A DNA stretch of 64,000 nucleotides from Novakomyces olei (GCA_016906335.1 JADEYG010000002.1:372001-436000), one strand, 5' to 3'; positions 24,101 through 38,299 are shown, counted from the first letter of the stretch. Numbers and translations are program-made. Notes: generated from the letters alone by a model not told the origin.

Positions 24101-27100
24101 AGTGGTAATAAGCTCATTTTTTGTATTTCCTGCAATAAGACCTTTGGCTCTTTGGTACATTTTAGAACAGGGAATGTTTGCCACACAAAGACGTATTGTT
24201 TCAGATGTCATTTGCAAAGTATCAACTTTTCTCAAGTACGATTCCCCTGCTGAAATGCTGAAATGCTATGCACAATGGATTTTACCATCGTGGTTTGACT
24301 TGATGCCAGAGAACTCCTTGGCAGAGTTTCCTTTCCAGCTCTTTCGGCTGGATATAGGCCAATTTTTCGCTCAGTTTTCCGATTATCTTGCTCCTTGTAT
24401 TATTGAGATGGATCGAGTTCATGATATGAACTTGTTGTCAGTGACATTGAATTTATCTCGAGTCGCATTATCAAAAGCCATGCGTGGCCGGTGCCTTGCC
24501 ATAGTTTTGGGCGAATCGAGAGATAGACAAGCTTCAGAACGGATTAGAGAATTCATAAATATGAGCGGCAATGTAATGATAAATTCGACTAATGATCTTG
24601 TGGAGTGTATGATGTTTTGGTTGAAAACATTACATTTTTACGATTATCAGGAACAGCTAATTCAAAAGGACGCGAGCCTGGTGGCGCTTTTACGAGACGT
24701 TTTGCCTCCGAGCCTGGCGGATGTTTGCTTTCAGCATAAAAGACTGAATATTTCAGCATTGAACTTTTTTCTGTTATGGGAGTATTATCTGGACCGTGTG
24801 GAAGTACGAAAATTACCCAAAATTGTTTTCAGCATTTTCTTGCAAGTTTTTGATTCCTTTGTTGAGACTGATGACTTTAGCTTGCAGTCTCAATATAATG
24901 CAAAGCTGGGTTTATTGGTTTATCTTTGCAGAAATGTTTTATTTGAAAACAGTCAAATTCTCTCTGCTGTCGTTGATGGGATCATTGATACTCTGGAGTT
25001 TGAGTCTCAAAGGCAGCCTCGGCATTATATCATTCAGTTTTTATTGAAATTTGTCGGGGAAAATTCGTCGGCTAACGGGTTTGTGAACAGTGAAGCAATA
25101 ATCTCGCTTAGTGCAGCAGTGGCTGCTTATTTGATCGATGGTATTAGCACAATTCAGGAGGCTGTTTCTCCTATTAGCTCATTTATTGACATTTACATTC
25201 GATCGTTCTCAACAAAAAGTGTGCAGCGCTTCTTCAGTGAACTTTTGCAAAATAAATCTGCTTCAACTGAAAGCTTGGATCAAGCATATAATGATGTATT
25301 GTTAGAGAATGCAGTCTCAGAACTGACGCAATACGTTACGAGCTCACCCGTGTTCAAGCGCTTTATTATGAGTCTGATTAAGCAAAGATATATCAAGAGC
25401 AGTGATCTTGATTCACGTTGTCTCGATTTTTTAGTCGCGTTTTACGAGCCGTTGGGCACAGAAGATTGTGTTTTCATGAATAAAGTAATGGCGCACAAAA
25501 TTTTTCATCAGGACTCTCATCTTAATGAAGATAGACCACATGGGGATGCAAGTAACTTGGAGATAAATGCGGGTCAAAGTGAGAATATTGCCACAATAAT
25601 ACTGACTTCATTTGCTTCCAAAAATAGCTGGAAATCCTGTGGAAGCGCGCGCCAAAGACACGACATGATTAGAGTGTCTTTGGGAATCAACAGTGCAAGG
25701 CAGGAGTGGAAGAAAATTAGCCCAGAACTATTGAATTGCTATGCCGTCAAACCCGCAGAGGCTGACTTGGGTCTTTTGCTTTCACAGCAGGCAATAAAGA
25801 AAATGAAGCCTGAATACCCACTGCCGGGTGCCACTTTTTCAGACTGGTGTAGACAAAGTTTGTTCAAAATCTCGGTCAAAGTGTCCAAAGATGAGCAGAA
25901 ATTGCTTGAGATATTACTGATGTGCTCTAGCACGTTTCCGATCACCTTAATATCAGATCTCTTGGGCGTCTATGGCTACTATTTGGTTAATACAAGAGAC
26001 AGGAGCGGCCTGGAAGAGCTTTTAGAATTTGTTCACAATACACTGTCTAGCAATGCGGCTGAATGCAGATTTACCGAGATACTGACGGCTTCTTTGAGGG
26101 GCATTTTGTGTTATCTAGTTGCGGCAGACAAGATTCAAGACTATACCTTTGTCTTAGACCGGCTTGATACCCGCTTGATATGCCAAGAATTAAATAAGAG
26201 AAACGAATTTATTAATTGTCTTTATTTAGCTAATTTTAAGTGGGCGCTCTCTCACTCAATCGACAGTGTGGTCCCCTTGATTAGGACTGCTTTGAAAGCC
26301 TTACACGATATAGACGGATTTTATGGCTTTGAAGACGATCATCCGACTTTTGAGAACCTTTTGCTACAGTCCCAGTTTGAAGGTCGATCGGATGAGTCTG
26401 TAAAGCTGGTGGACGCATTTTACGCTGTGAAAGCAAATACAGTGGACAAGGAGCACCTTGTCCCTTACCCGCAGCTATCTAATATACTCCGCACTGCCGG
26501 CTATTTTGGCTTATCGTTATCTCAAGCAAGCACGACCAACATAATGAGCTCTAGTAACGAGTATGAGATCGGCAGAGACGAATCATTTAATTTACTACAA
26601 TGGGACTTGCCAAAGGATGATGCGGGTTGGCAAGGTATTAGTGATGTATTGATCAAAATAGAGTTTGACCATGCATATTTCTCGGATTTCAACCCGTTGA
26701 AAATAATAAATGCCAAAAATCAGATAGCTTATCCCGAAACGGATAGCAAACGCTTCCTGAATGGCGCAAGTGCATTACGGGAGCTAGACGTTGAATCAAG
26801 ATCGCGTATACTTGCCTTGGTGGAAACTGCAGAGCTGTTCCAGACTTTGCAAAGTTCTGACGAAAATAATTTTGTTAATTTGATGGATGAGTGGGACAAA
26901 AGAATACTTGATGCTACCAGCACAGAGAAGTAAGTATATTTTCTACCAAGGAAATTATTAATGATGCTCTTTAATTAAATTTTATTAATTCATTCTTCTA
27001 GTGACCCCCCCTTCAACGTCCAATCTCTACTTCAAAGTCGGCAGGACGAATTACAGGTGTACATTTCCCTGCTAGAGCGCAACTCGCCCAGCAGCCATGC

Positions 27101-29733
27101 TCGGCCCAATGCACTGAAAGCATTAGCCAAATCGTACATTCATTATTGCGATTTTGCTTCAGAGACGGGCGATGCGCAACGCCGGCTATACGCCAATATC
27201 CGTGCGAGTCATTTGATGCAAAAGTCTAATATTGCAGGGCTGCAACCCGAACTGGCGCTTTCCACAAGCCGATCAATGTGGAGTCTCGGTGATCACAGGC
27301 TGTCCATGAGAATCCTTGACTCTGGTCTCCGCTCGGCAACTAAATCCAGCATGGATTATAGAAGACTGCAGAACGAGATTGCCTGCCGGTCGGCAGCTAA
27401 AGCTAGCAAAAGCCCATTATCGATTATATCTGATCATTTCGGCCCGGCTACGGCTGACCTGGATTTTGTGGCAAAGAGTGATGAAGCTTCCCGCCTCTTT
27501 TATGAGTTTGCAAAGTTCTGCGAGAGCCAATTGATGGGCTATGCAAACACAAAAGAGCTAGAAAGGCTTTACAGGCTTCAGGACTCGTCGCTGCGTGCAG
27601 TTGAAGCCCTTCAAAAAGCGAGTGCTGCAAATGGTAGCGGCAGCCATTCCCAGCAGACAAGTATAAAGCAGGCAAAGCGCGAACTTCGCAAAGCCAAATC
27701 ATTGTACGATTTACAGAATGCTCAGTATACTCAGCTTGCACATGAATCCCGTCTGTTCAAGTACAAGGCCCTTCAAAACTACTTGTACTGTCTATGTGCT
27801 TCGGACAAGCATGAGCAAGTCGTTTTGCATGTTTATACGCTATGGATGGAGGACTCGAGCGCCCAATCTGCTTTGAGCCATAAAGGTCAGGAAGAATTGC
27901 ACGCTTTACTCATGGAGACGATCCCTAAATGCCCGAGCTACAAGTTTCTGCCAATCTTTGGGCAATTGAGCTCAAGACTGGGCGGCACTGTTACGCAAGA
28001 CGGCACAGTAGACAGTGCCGGACTGCAGCTGCTCAACGACGTTTTGTTTCGGTGCTGTACCGATCATTATTATCATACAGTCCACCACCTTTTCGCCCTT
28101 GCCCAGCCAATTTTGCCCGACAAAGCTAAGCGAGACAGTAAAGAAAAAGAGCGCAAAAGTAAAGAAAAAGAAGGAGAGAGCAAAGAAAAAGAAGGAGAGA
28201 GCAAAGAAAAAGAGCGCAAAAGTAAAGAAAAAGAAGGAGAGAGCAAAGAAAATAACCGCAAAAGTAGAGACTATTCCCCCTTGCTTCAGGCAGCTGCCTC
28301 TGCGTTTATAGACCGACTGCTAATCCACTCCCCCTCACATACAAAGCTTGAGCGCATTCTAAAAGCGTGCCGAGCACTAGCCGTCTTTGCAGAGCACAAA
28401 CCGGCAGCAAACCCGGGTCAGTCTACGGCAATTGCGTCTGCTTCTTTCCCACAGTGGCGCAGTATCCTGCACGATCTGCCACAGCTGCACATCCCTCCAC
28501 TAACGAGACGGGTCCCCGTGGACCAAACCTGCAAGTACTCTGCAGTCCCGTACATTACAGAGATCGATCCGACAATGACAATTGCCTCCGGTCTCAGTGC
28601 TCCCAAGATCGTTACTTGCCGGTGCAGTGACGGCCGTCAGTGGACACAGGTCCTTAAAGCGGGCCACGATGATTTACGGCAAGATGCAGTGATGGAGACG
28701 CTCTTTGCCGAGGCAAATGCCATTCTGGCGAGGCACAAGGCGACCCGTCAGCGGCAGTTAAGAGTGCGTACGTACACTGTTGTGCCACTGGCGAGGAACA
28801 GTGGCGTTATAGAGTACGTGAGCCATTCAGTGTCGCTCATGGACTACCTTGGCCCGGCTCATGTGCGGTACAATCCAGGAGACTTGAGGCCAGAGGAGGC
28901 GAGAGCAATTTTGCAAAAAGCTCAACTATCAACTCAAGCACAGAGGCGCCGTGCCTTTGCTCGTGTAGTACAGCAGTTTCAGCCGGTAATGCGGTTCTTT
29001 TTCTTGGAGAACTTTACCAGTCCGCTGGAGTGGTACAGGGCACAATTGCTCTACTGCAAAAGCTGTGCCGTGGCCTCAATGCTCGGCTACATCCTCGGCC
29101 TTGGCGATCGGCACTGCAACAATATCCTCCTCGATACACGGACTGGCCAAGTCATACACATCGATCTCGGGGTCGCCTTTGAGCAGGGCCGATTGCTGGC
29201 AGTGCCAGAGTGTGTGCCGTTCCGACTCACACGGGACATTGTTGATGGGATGGGAGCGAGTGGAGTCGCTGGCTGGTTCAGACGGTGCTGTGAGCAGAGT
29301 CTGAGTGCCGTCCGCCTTGAACGCGAAGCGTTCAAGGCAATTCTTGACGTTTTGCGCCACGATCCTCTCTACAACTGGACGCTCTCTGCCTGGCGACGAG
29401 AGGCAGTCGAGGGCAGAACTGGAGGCAGTTTTGCCGACAGCAGTAGCCGACGGGTCCCGTCAGCGACTGCCCCTCCTATTCTAGAGACAAGGGATGTGCC
29501 CTTGGAGGCGACCACCGCTATTGATACAGTAATGCAAAAGCTGTCGTCCTCTCTTTCCGCAGAGGCTGTCGTTGACATTGTCATTCGTGAAGCCAGCAGC
29601 CATGACAATCTTGCCCTCCTGTTTCCGGGTGAGTAGACGAATATAATTGTTTATTTAATTAATTAATTAATTAATTATTTATTTATTTATTTGATACAAC
29701 TTCTAACTTGCAGGTTGGGGCCCGCATTTTTGA
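21165..29733 (+). CDS. TEL1: Tel1/ATM PIKK kinase; introns 26930-27001 and 29629-29713
   Basis: N-terminal TAN-like SSNRIKSRQDG; kinase motifs GLSAPK, DDLRQDAVME, GLGDRHCNNIL, IHIDLG, PECVPFRLTRDIVDGMG; spliced FATC end NLALLFPGWGPHF*. Confidence 0.95.
28137..28265 (+). repeat. Coding 21-bp minisatellite, about 6 copies (SKEKERK/SKEKEGE), in TEL1
   Basis: Units AG(T/C)AAAGAAAAAGA(GCGCAAA/AGGAGAG). Confidence 0.9.
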
Positions 29734-29871
29734 CAAATTTGGACAGGGTTATACTCACTAGCACACGGACGCAATGGATCTTGGATTTTAATAGATATAC
29801 TATTATATATTTAAAGTGCCGGCCCGGTGAAATGACTGAGCAAACGATATGACATCTCGTTTCTTTAGTGT

Positions 29872-32800
29872 TTATTCAGAATTCCACTCGAGTGCGCCAA
29901 TGCCTATCTTTGAGACTTGAGCGTACGAGCTCGCGTTTTGCAGACGCAAAAACGTCAAATCAGGCAGATTCAGTGTTTTATGCTCCGGAGCCGGTCGAGT
30001 CTCGCTCCTTGCTGGAGCCTCGTCGGTAAGAGGCGAAAGAAAAGCGTCTGGTTTCCCAACGAGATCGTCAATACTAAGACTCTCTCCCGGCGAGATCGGT
30101 GTGGGATGGGACGGCGTTACACAGTCCATGTCCACCTCCTTTCGCAAAACTCGGTCCACATCAACAGCGGAGAAGAAGGCAACGCCCTGTGGAACATCGT
30201 CGATGCCTAGTTTCTGGCAGAAAAGAGCACGAACCCAAAGGTTGCTTATCTGCAGGGCCATTGCCACTCTGTACCGATCCTCATCCGCAGTCAGGAACCG
30301 TATTTCGTCGTGGATAGCAATCGACAAACGCGCTTTCAACCCGTACTTTTTTATCAAATAATCCATAGAAACAACGAGCAGGTGCAGGTAATCTACACCG
30401 GAAGACTGGATGGCCCAGTTTGTCCGTGACGTCATGAAATTACGTCCGACTGTACGTGACTGCAGTGCGTTTGTCAGCCGGGCACCCAAGGCAGGGGTAC
30501 GGGGTTCCTTTTGGTAGGCTAATTCTTCCAGTTTATTGAAGACAAAAGACTCTGTCCCGCCGAACCAGAAGCCGTGCTCCCTGTACGATTTCGATTTTTG
30601 ACCCTTGGTGGAGGCATACAGGGCAGAGGCAATTTTCTTGGCCTCTTTTTCCTGGAGCCCAGGTCTCTTTTGCAGCAAAAGCCGCTCCGTAAACTTGAGC
30701 CCGGCTCCGTATATCCGCCCATAGTTGAATATTTTAGCATCGTTCCTGGAAACGCCCAGTATTTTAGCTGTTTGTGAATGCATATCAGTACCCTCTGACT
30801 TTGAGCCCTCGAGCGTCATCCAGCCGAGGGCAGTGGCCCCATGGTGACCAAACTGCGAATCGCCTACGAGGGCAGCAATCCAAAGCTCTTCAGAGTCCAC
30901 ATCCGCTCCGACAAAACTATAATTGGGCGGAGCACGAATCATTGCTTTCAGCTCGGATCCGATTCGGTTCTTTTTCGCATTGCTGGCTGTAAGCCATGTC
31001 TTTTCCACTGCCCTGCGAGTAATTGTGCCCATTACTACCGTCTGTGGCAGTATTATACCCGTGTCCTTATAGTCAGAAGGCTCTTGGCTTTTGCCTACAA
31101 GATGGTGTCCCAACCCAAAGTCAGTGTCCTGTATATTCCACACTGGCATCTGCCGCTGGATACGCTCACGTACTCCTGTCCAATACGTGACAGACATGCT
31201 CATATCCAAGATCTCTGCTGCTTCGGGGTACGCGGATGTGAGCTCTCCGCTCTCAAAGTACCGCATATAATTCTTTCCGATGGGACTCGTGCATCTCTTG
31301 TCCGGCCCGTCCAAGTGGGGCAGCTTGAAGAAATAATGCTCCGTATCCTGATCACGCTCTACGTACTTGAAGCTCTTGTACTGCTCCAGAGCGTTTGGAG
31401 CAGAGGCCCTGTCCACTATAAACCCCCACCCTTGCTTGTCGTCCCACCGCAATGGGTTTCCCATCCAGCTCAGTTTGAGCAGGTAAGGTGTCGCTCGCTG
31501 CCTTAGACTTATACGCAGCTGTGCCGCTTTGCCCTGGCACAGTTGCCTGTACCACTCGGGGAGTCCCGGGAGCCTCTGTGACTTGTGCAGCCGGGTTTCC
31601 CCTGTTTTTTTGTCCACAGTGTACCGTGCAGGGTGAATAGTCCAGTCCAGGCCAGAGAGCCAAGGATCGTGTTGCCACTTTTTTTTGTTTGTATCATCAG
31701 CGGGCAAATACGTGTCAAGTGCCTCCTGCACTAGACGCGTCAGGAGAACATCAATCTTTTGCAGACTCTCCTGGTAAATGTCGCCCGTCCTCCGCAGGAA
31801 ATCGTCCCACTGTCTCGTAGTCGGCAGCAGCAAACTGCCCAATTTTATCATTGCCTCAATCGTTACTGGGTGAGGCGAGTTTGCAATAAACGGCTCCAGC
31901 ACTTTTTGAAATATTTCATGAGTTGCTCCAACGTCCTTTGCACAGTACTTTAGCAGACTGTTGGCATTTTCACAGACTTGCTCCCTTGTAAATGTGCCAA
32001 AGGCATCACGCACCTGTTTGTCCATGCCCTTGTTGCAATAGAAATGATAGAGTTCTGCTAAACTTGCTGTGCTGGTAATACTCAGCCAGTCTGCGTGTTC
32101 CTTGTAAGCAGCATCGGCACCATCAGCCGCTTCTGCTGCCCCTCCATCAACCGAGGCAGCAACAGATTCTGCCTCAAAGTCAGGCTGCTGCCTCGACCAT
32201 TTCTCGTACAGCGGTCTTTGCGCACTGGACATGCCATTAACTGCCACGTGCAGGCTCATTGTGTCTATGAAATAATTTGTGGGCCCAAAGAATCTGTACT
32301 CCTCCTTAACCCTAATCCGATCGTAGCTGACAGCGTGGCCCAGCACGAGCTTGCCTCCGTTGCCCAGCGGGATTAGATGCCTCGGCGACGGGGACTCTTT
32401 AGTTATCCAGGGCGAAATCCAAGCGTAGAAGGCTTCATGAGAGGCAGCTGTGGCCATTACAGAGAACTGGGACTCGTTGTAAAGAGTCTCAGTGTCAAAG
32501 ACCAGCTCATTTTCCAGCGGGCAGACAACACGCTCCGCCTGTTTTGAGTCGGCAGTGTACCTTGTCCAGCCGGACTGCAAAACAAACCGGGACGGCGGTT
32601 CTGCCAAAGGGCCCGACGCTAATCGTCGGGCCCTTTGGATAATTTTGTCACTAAAATCCTGGCTAATGCGTCTAAAATGCTCGTCCAGACAACTGCCTAA
32701 AAGCGGTGGCAGTTTCAAGTCCACTACGGGCGCACGAGCGGCCTTTTTTGATAAAAGATCGTAGCGCCTTAAATGATCTTGGGATATTCGTAATAACTCT

Positions 32801-33057
32801 CGGCTCGGAGCCGGCCGTGGGAGCGGGAACAATTGGCGATGAAGGCCATGACCAATGTACTGAATGCCGACGGCGTTTACACGCTCCTCCTCTTGGCCGC
32901 TGCCGGTCGATAACTTTGGCACTTGCAAACACGATTCTGAAGTTGCAGTCGCCGCGCTCGCTTCCGCCTGTGCAGAATAATAGCGCTTCAATACGACATT
33001 GACGCGTTTTTTAAGCCGAAGTCGGCACCACGAGCATACGCGCTCAGCTTTGAACAT
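29872..33057 (-). CDS. pog1: Mitochondrial DNA polymerase gamma, intronless
   Basis: Exo motifs VFDTE, GHAVSYDR, YCAKDV; Pol motifs GADVDSEE, AKIFNYGRIYGAG, IHDEIR; first ATG at 33057. Confidence 0.96.
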   Translation of the reverse strand: MFKAERVCSWCRLRLKKRVNVVLKRYYSAQAEASAATATSESCLQVPKLSTGSGQEEERVNAVGIQYIGHGLHRQLFPLPRPAPSRELLRISQDHLRRYDLLSKKAARAPVVDLKLPPLLGSCLDEHFRRISQDFSDKIIQRARRLASGPLAEPPSRFVLQSGWTRYTADSKQAERVVCPLENELVFDTETLYNESQFSVMATAASHEAFYAWISPWITKESPSPRHLIPLGNGGKLVLGHAVSYDRIRVKEEYRFFGPTNYFIDTMSLHVAVNGMSSAQRPLYEKWSRQQPDFEAESVAASVDGGAAEAADGADAAYKEHADWLSITSTASLAELYHFYCNKGMDKQVRDAFGTFTREQVCENANSLLKYCAKDVGATHEIFQKVLEPFIANSPHPVTIEAMIKLGSLLLPTTRQWDDFLRRTGDIYQESLQKIDVLLTRLVQEALDTYLPADDTNKKKWQHDPWLSGLDWTIHPARYTVDKKTGETRLHKSQRLPGLPEWYRQLCQGKAAQLRISLRQRATPYLLKLSWMGNPLRWDDKQGWGFIVDRASAPNALEQYKSFKYVERDQDTEHYFFKLPHLDGPDKRCTSPIGKNYMRYFESGELTSAYPEAAEILDMSMSVTYWTGVRERIQRQMPVWNIQDTDFGLGHHLVGKSQEPSDYKDTGIILPQTVVMGTITRRAVEKTWLTASNAKKNRIGSELKAMIRAPPNYSFVGADVDSEELWIAALVGDSQFGHHGATALGWMTLEGSKSEGTDMHSQTAKILGVSRNDAKIFNYGRIYGAGLKFTERLLLQKRPGLQEKEAKKIASALYASTKGQKSKSYREHGFWFGGTESFVFNKLEELAYQKEPRTPALGARLTNALQSRTVGRNFMTSRTNWAIQSSGVDYLHLLVVSMDYLIKKYGLKARLSIAIHDEIRFLTADEDRYRVAMALQISNLWVRALFCQKLGIDDVPQGVAFFSAVDVDRVLRKEVDMDCVTPSHPTPISPGESLSIDDLVGKPDAFLSPLTDEAPARSETRPAPEHKTLNLPDLTFLRLQNASSYAQVSKIGIGALEWNSE

Positions 33058-33174
33058 TATTGATCTTTTCAATTAAACATTTTCGCCTTTCGCGTCTCGA
33101 TTTGTCGGCGCTGCTTTAGTGCTGTTTAATTTGCATCTAGCATTGCTTGGTCAGTTTGGTTACTAAATCCGCTA

Positions 33175-33364
33175 AATTATAATTTTATAATTTTATAATT
33201 TTATAATTTTATAATTTTATAATTTTATAATTTTATAATTTTATAATTTTATAATTTTATAATTTTATAATTTTATAATTTTATAATTTTATAATTTTAT
33301 AATTTTATAATTTTATAATTTTATAATTTTATAATTTTATAATTTTATAATTTTATAATTTTAT
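33175..33364. repeat. (AATTTTAT)n octamer tandem array, about 23 copies
   Basis: Homogeneous 8-bp period in the pog1/TPI1 divergent intergenic region. Confidence 0.95.
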
Positions 33365-33561
33365 ATAATAATCGACCACTGTGACATGTATTGATTATAT
33401 TATTATACGATCCGAATGACTCAATCCATAGTCACTTATTACATACATTAATTTTTCAATGGCAGACTACGTAATATCGCGAAAGCTCACTCACCTAATC
33501 GTCTGATTCCGCGGCACAAAAGCACTCATTTGCAAACGTCTCAATTCACGAAAAGATCAGA

Positions 33562-34620
<1,059 letters not shown>

Positions 34621-34978
34621 TTATGTGCTCCAGCATAATTGAGCACGAGTAATTTAGTTCAAAATGGAATCTATAAAATGAGTCTTTTAGCCAGTAGATA
34701 GTGTAGTCAATATGTTGTTTGTATTATAAACAGCGCATTATTATGCGCGTGCAATTAAAGCCAGTACGGAGTTAGACTGATGTCTGATATTGTCGATGAT
34801 GTCGCGTAATACATCTGCGAGATCTATACATTGTGAATTAGAAAAAAACATTACTAAAAAGGCTGTTAAAAATGATAATAATAATAATTATTATTATTAT
34901 TATAATTATAATTATAATTAAAATATATCTGGAGTCAATGTTTGACGAGTCTCAAAATTGACAAAATAGAATTCAATC

Positions 34979-35393
34979 ATGGCAAAGTCAAAGAAAGGTA
35001 AACTGACCCCAAAATATTTAGCTAATACAGATAGGCGAACCTTCAAAACATTCTCGTGCTGCGCGGAGGCAGCATTCTCCAGATATCGATATCGGTGCTA
35101 CGGAGAACGAGAGCAATAGGGAACGAGTAAATAGGGAAATAGCATCTTTGGCATTACGGGGCAAAGGCTCTGAAGATTCTGGGATCAAAAAGCAATCGAA
35201 TCGAAACAATTCAAAGGCACACAAAAAGCGCAAATTGGCGGCGGCTGCGCGTGCAGAGGCAATCAATGATCGATTAGAGGCTGATATTGCCCGCAGCAAG
35301 CAACGTGGCCATGAGATTAAGCAGCGGAAAAAAAACTGGGATCAGGTTAACAGTGAAATAACAGAAGAGATTGAGGAGCAAGGCACTGTCTAA
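34979..35393 (+). CDS. Alb1/Ecm1-family pre-60S factor; intron 34998-35034
   Basis: Spliced MAKSKKGEPSKHSRAARRQHSP...AEAINDRLE...RKKNWDQVN fits the small basic Alb1 family pattern. Confidence 0.75.
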
Positions 35394-35698
35394 TTGCATT
35401 TATTTTTCAAGACAATTTTGTCCTTTTTTTTTATTTTATTTTTATTTTCTAAAGTTTTTCTATTTTATTTTTCCATTCTTCTTATCAATGTCATTTAATA
35501 TTTTCATTTTTTTGGATTGTTTATTGCCATCAGTACCAGAAGTTGCATGATAAAGGTCACAAGATTACAAAGGAAAAAGTACGTTTTGTATTAGAATAAA
35601 AGTTGTATTAATTCAGACATGTACATATACTAATTCATTAACTTAAAATACTCTGTGGATCACTATCGCACGTCTCTTATATACTGCCTCCAAGGAAC

Positions 35699-38299
35699 TT
35701 ATTCCTCAAGTAATTCCAGGCACCGATGTGCAAGTACTGCAATATCCGTGTCCGCATCATCTTCTTCATTTTCCTCGTCCTCGGATCCACGGTTATTCTT
35801 TTGAGACTCGTCTTGTTCCTCAATATGGTGGAGACTGTCGACTATTTTCTTGTTTGAGCGGATCAGCCGTGGCATCACTTCCTCGTCCGACTCGACAAGC
35901 TGCAAAACTGTCCATACCGCAATGTGCTGGAAAGTTTCGTCGTCGCTTTGGAGGAAATCCCCCAAGTACTTTTCTAATCCACCGGCAGGCTTTGACCAGC
36001 ATCTAACAAATGCAGTGTTATCTCCGACTGAGACAATGGTCAGCAAAATCGGCACCAACAAAGAATAATTAAGCAGGTAAAGAAATAGAAGATGAAGAAT
36101 GGAGCAGAATACAAGAAATCGAGAAATAGTGCAATATATCATAAAACAAAAACAGAATGTACAAAAGCAAGTGCCTTACCTCGCGAAGACAAATTTCCAA
36201 GAGCGGCTGCACTGTTTCCTTGTATTTCAGCACTCGTAGACTGGGTCAAAGGCAGCAGTGCCTCGTATACGCCGAGGTTCAGCAAAATAGGTTTGAGTTC
36301 GTCTATCCAACTTAGTCAGCCATAAAAGAATTTACCAAAATTTTCAAATTAAGGTGCACAATTGCAAAAGTTTTGTGCTCAAAACGATGGCAAATGGCAC
36401 ATGGCACTGAAACGGTAATTTAGAGTAATAAAGTATTAAACAAAAATTTAAAAAAAAAATGGAAAGTATACCGCTTAATGCCAAAACTGCAAGACAGGCC
36501 GTCATTTCACTTTGAACGCTGAGTGGAACAGTCGCCAATAGCTCAACACATTTGTGAACAGACCCAGCCTCGACAATAGCCCTCTTGTTCTTTTCACTAC
36601 TGGCTGCCAGGTTTCGAAGAGTACTAATGGCATGACACTGGATCTCCTCGTTCTCTGTGTAGCACAGAAGGCTTACTAAAGGCCGCAAAAACCCTGCGTC
36701 GATTATAGGAGCTTCATTCAACGGATGAATAGATATATTTCGAATGCAGGCAACAGCCGCAAGAATAAGCGGAACGTGGGGCGATTGAAGCAGCCTCAGT
36801 AGGCCTGGAAGGCCGTTCAAGCGCACAGCGTCAATTTGATATTTCTCGTCAGAAGCAAGGTTTCGTAGAGCCAGGGCTGCTTGGCATTGAACTTTTGCAC
36901 TAGGCGAATCCATCAATCGAACGAGAGAAGGCACCAGTGAGGGTTCTGTCTGAGCTAGTTTTTGCCGATTAACAGCTTTGGGGATTAGTATTAGTGAGAT
37001 ATACAAAAGCCATTTTCAACTACCAAAAAAAAAAAGGCGCAATACAAAACCATGCATCGTTATTAGGAGTGGAAACGGCCCAACAAAATTCATAAAATTG
37101 CAGAGAACAAAATTAAAATAAGAAAATACAATCACCATACCATCTACCGCCAGATTGCTTAAAGCTGTGGTACAATAATACTGCACATCAGTATCCGTAG
37201 AGTTCAGAAGGGACACTAAGACAGGAATCGCACCCGTCTTGACCAACTGAGCACGTGTCTCCTCTAATGCCATTGTTAGTCTCAAAATCCAATTATTTTT
37301 TACAATTATCATTTATTTCTTATAGCTGTTATTCCAATATCATGTATAGAAAACCCTCTAGCAAAGAATAAAGAATAGTTTGCCATCGCTAGGCTTATTA
37401 AAAATAAAAAGAAAAGATGTTTAGCTTACCAGAGTGGGTCATATTCAAAAGGGCTCCAGTCGCGTTTCTTTGCACCCTCATGTCGCTAGATAGAGCAAGC
37501 TTTGTTAGGGGTATAAGTGCTCCCGAGCGGGCGATTCGCAATTTGTTACCATCGTGTGTAGCAAGGTTTGTAATACAGCCAACGGCATTGCATTGCACTT
37601 CAATGTTTGGGGACATCATATGGCCAATGAGAATCTCAAGACCACCAAGCTCTACGGTGATCAACTTATTCGGATCTAGAACATTAGTAAGACTAGGCCT
37701 ATATTATACAGGGGTCATATACTCTCCACTGCCAAATTGCCCAGAGCAGCACTTGCTGCTCTCAGAATCTCTGGATCATTTATCTGCAGCAAGTACAAGA
37801 TAGGTTCGATAGCTTGTTTGTCGACGGGTCGAACATCTAATCCACCGTTAGCATCAACATTTGGAGGCACTCGTTGCCTTGTTTACCCTTTTCTGTGATC
37901 TCAGCAAAAGCCAGAGCTGCACTTCTTTGCAAGTCCAGGTTTTCAGAGTAGACCAGTGTCTTGAGGCATTGCAAAGGTTCCCCCTTGTAAAAATCCGTGT
38001 CTTGTCGCTAAATGTGCATTAGCAGCAGACCAATAGATGACCAATGGAAAAGAAGATGATCCCAATTATCGAACGGGAAGCATAAGAATTACATGTTCTA
38101 AAAACGAAAGCAAACGGGCTACTGCCTCGCGTTCACGGTCTGCGAGTAACGGCTCTCGAGCCTCGTCATCTCGAGAACGGCCACTGCCCTTTGACGATCC
38201 TATAATATACAAAAAAAAAGGGTCAGTAATCAGCGGCCGAAATACTCCTTTGGTCTTCCAAAGGCACCTACGTTGCAGACAAGAGCAGCACGAACCCAT
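35699..38299 (-). CDS. VAC8: Vacuolar armadillo-repeat protein Vac8; 8 introns
   Basis: MGSCCSC acylation start, [41 protein letters not shown]. Introns 38271-38200, 38092-38008, 37886-37837, 37722-37676, 37429-37264, 37140-36976, 36471-36303 and 36179-36028 restore the frame. Confidence 0.96.

Noticed and set aside
28138-28267. TEL1 repeat as a cryptic intron (GTAAAG donor)
   Set aside because: No proper branch site, and the AAG/TAG acceptors would shift the frame.
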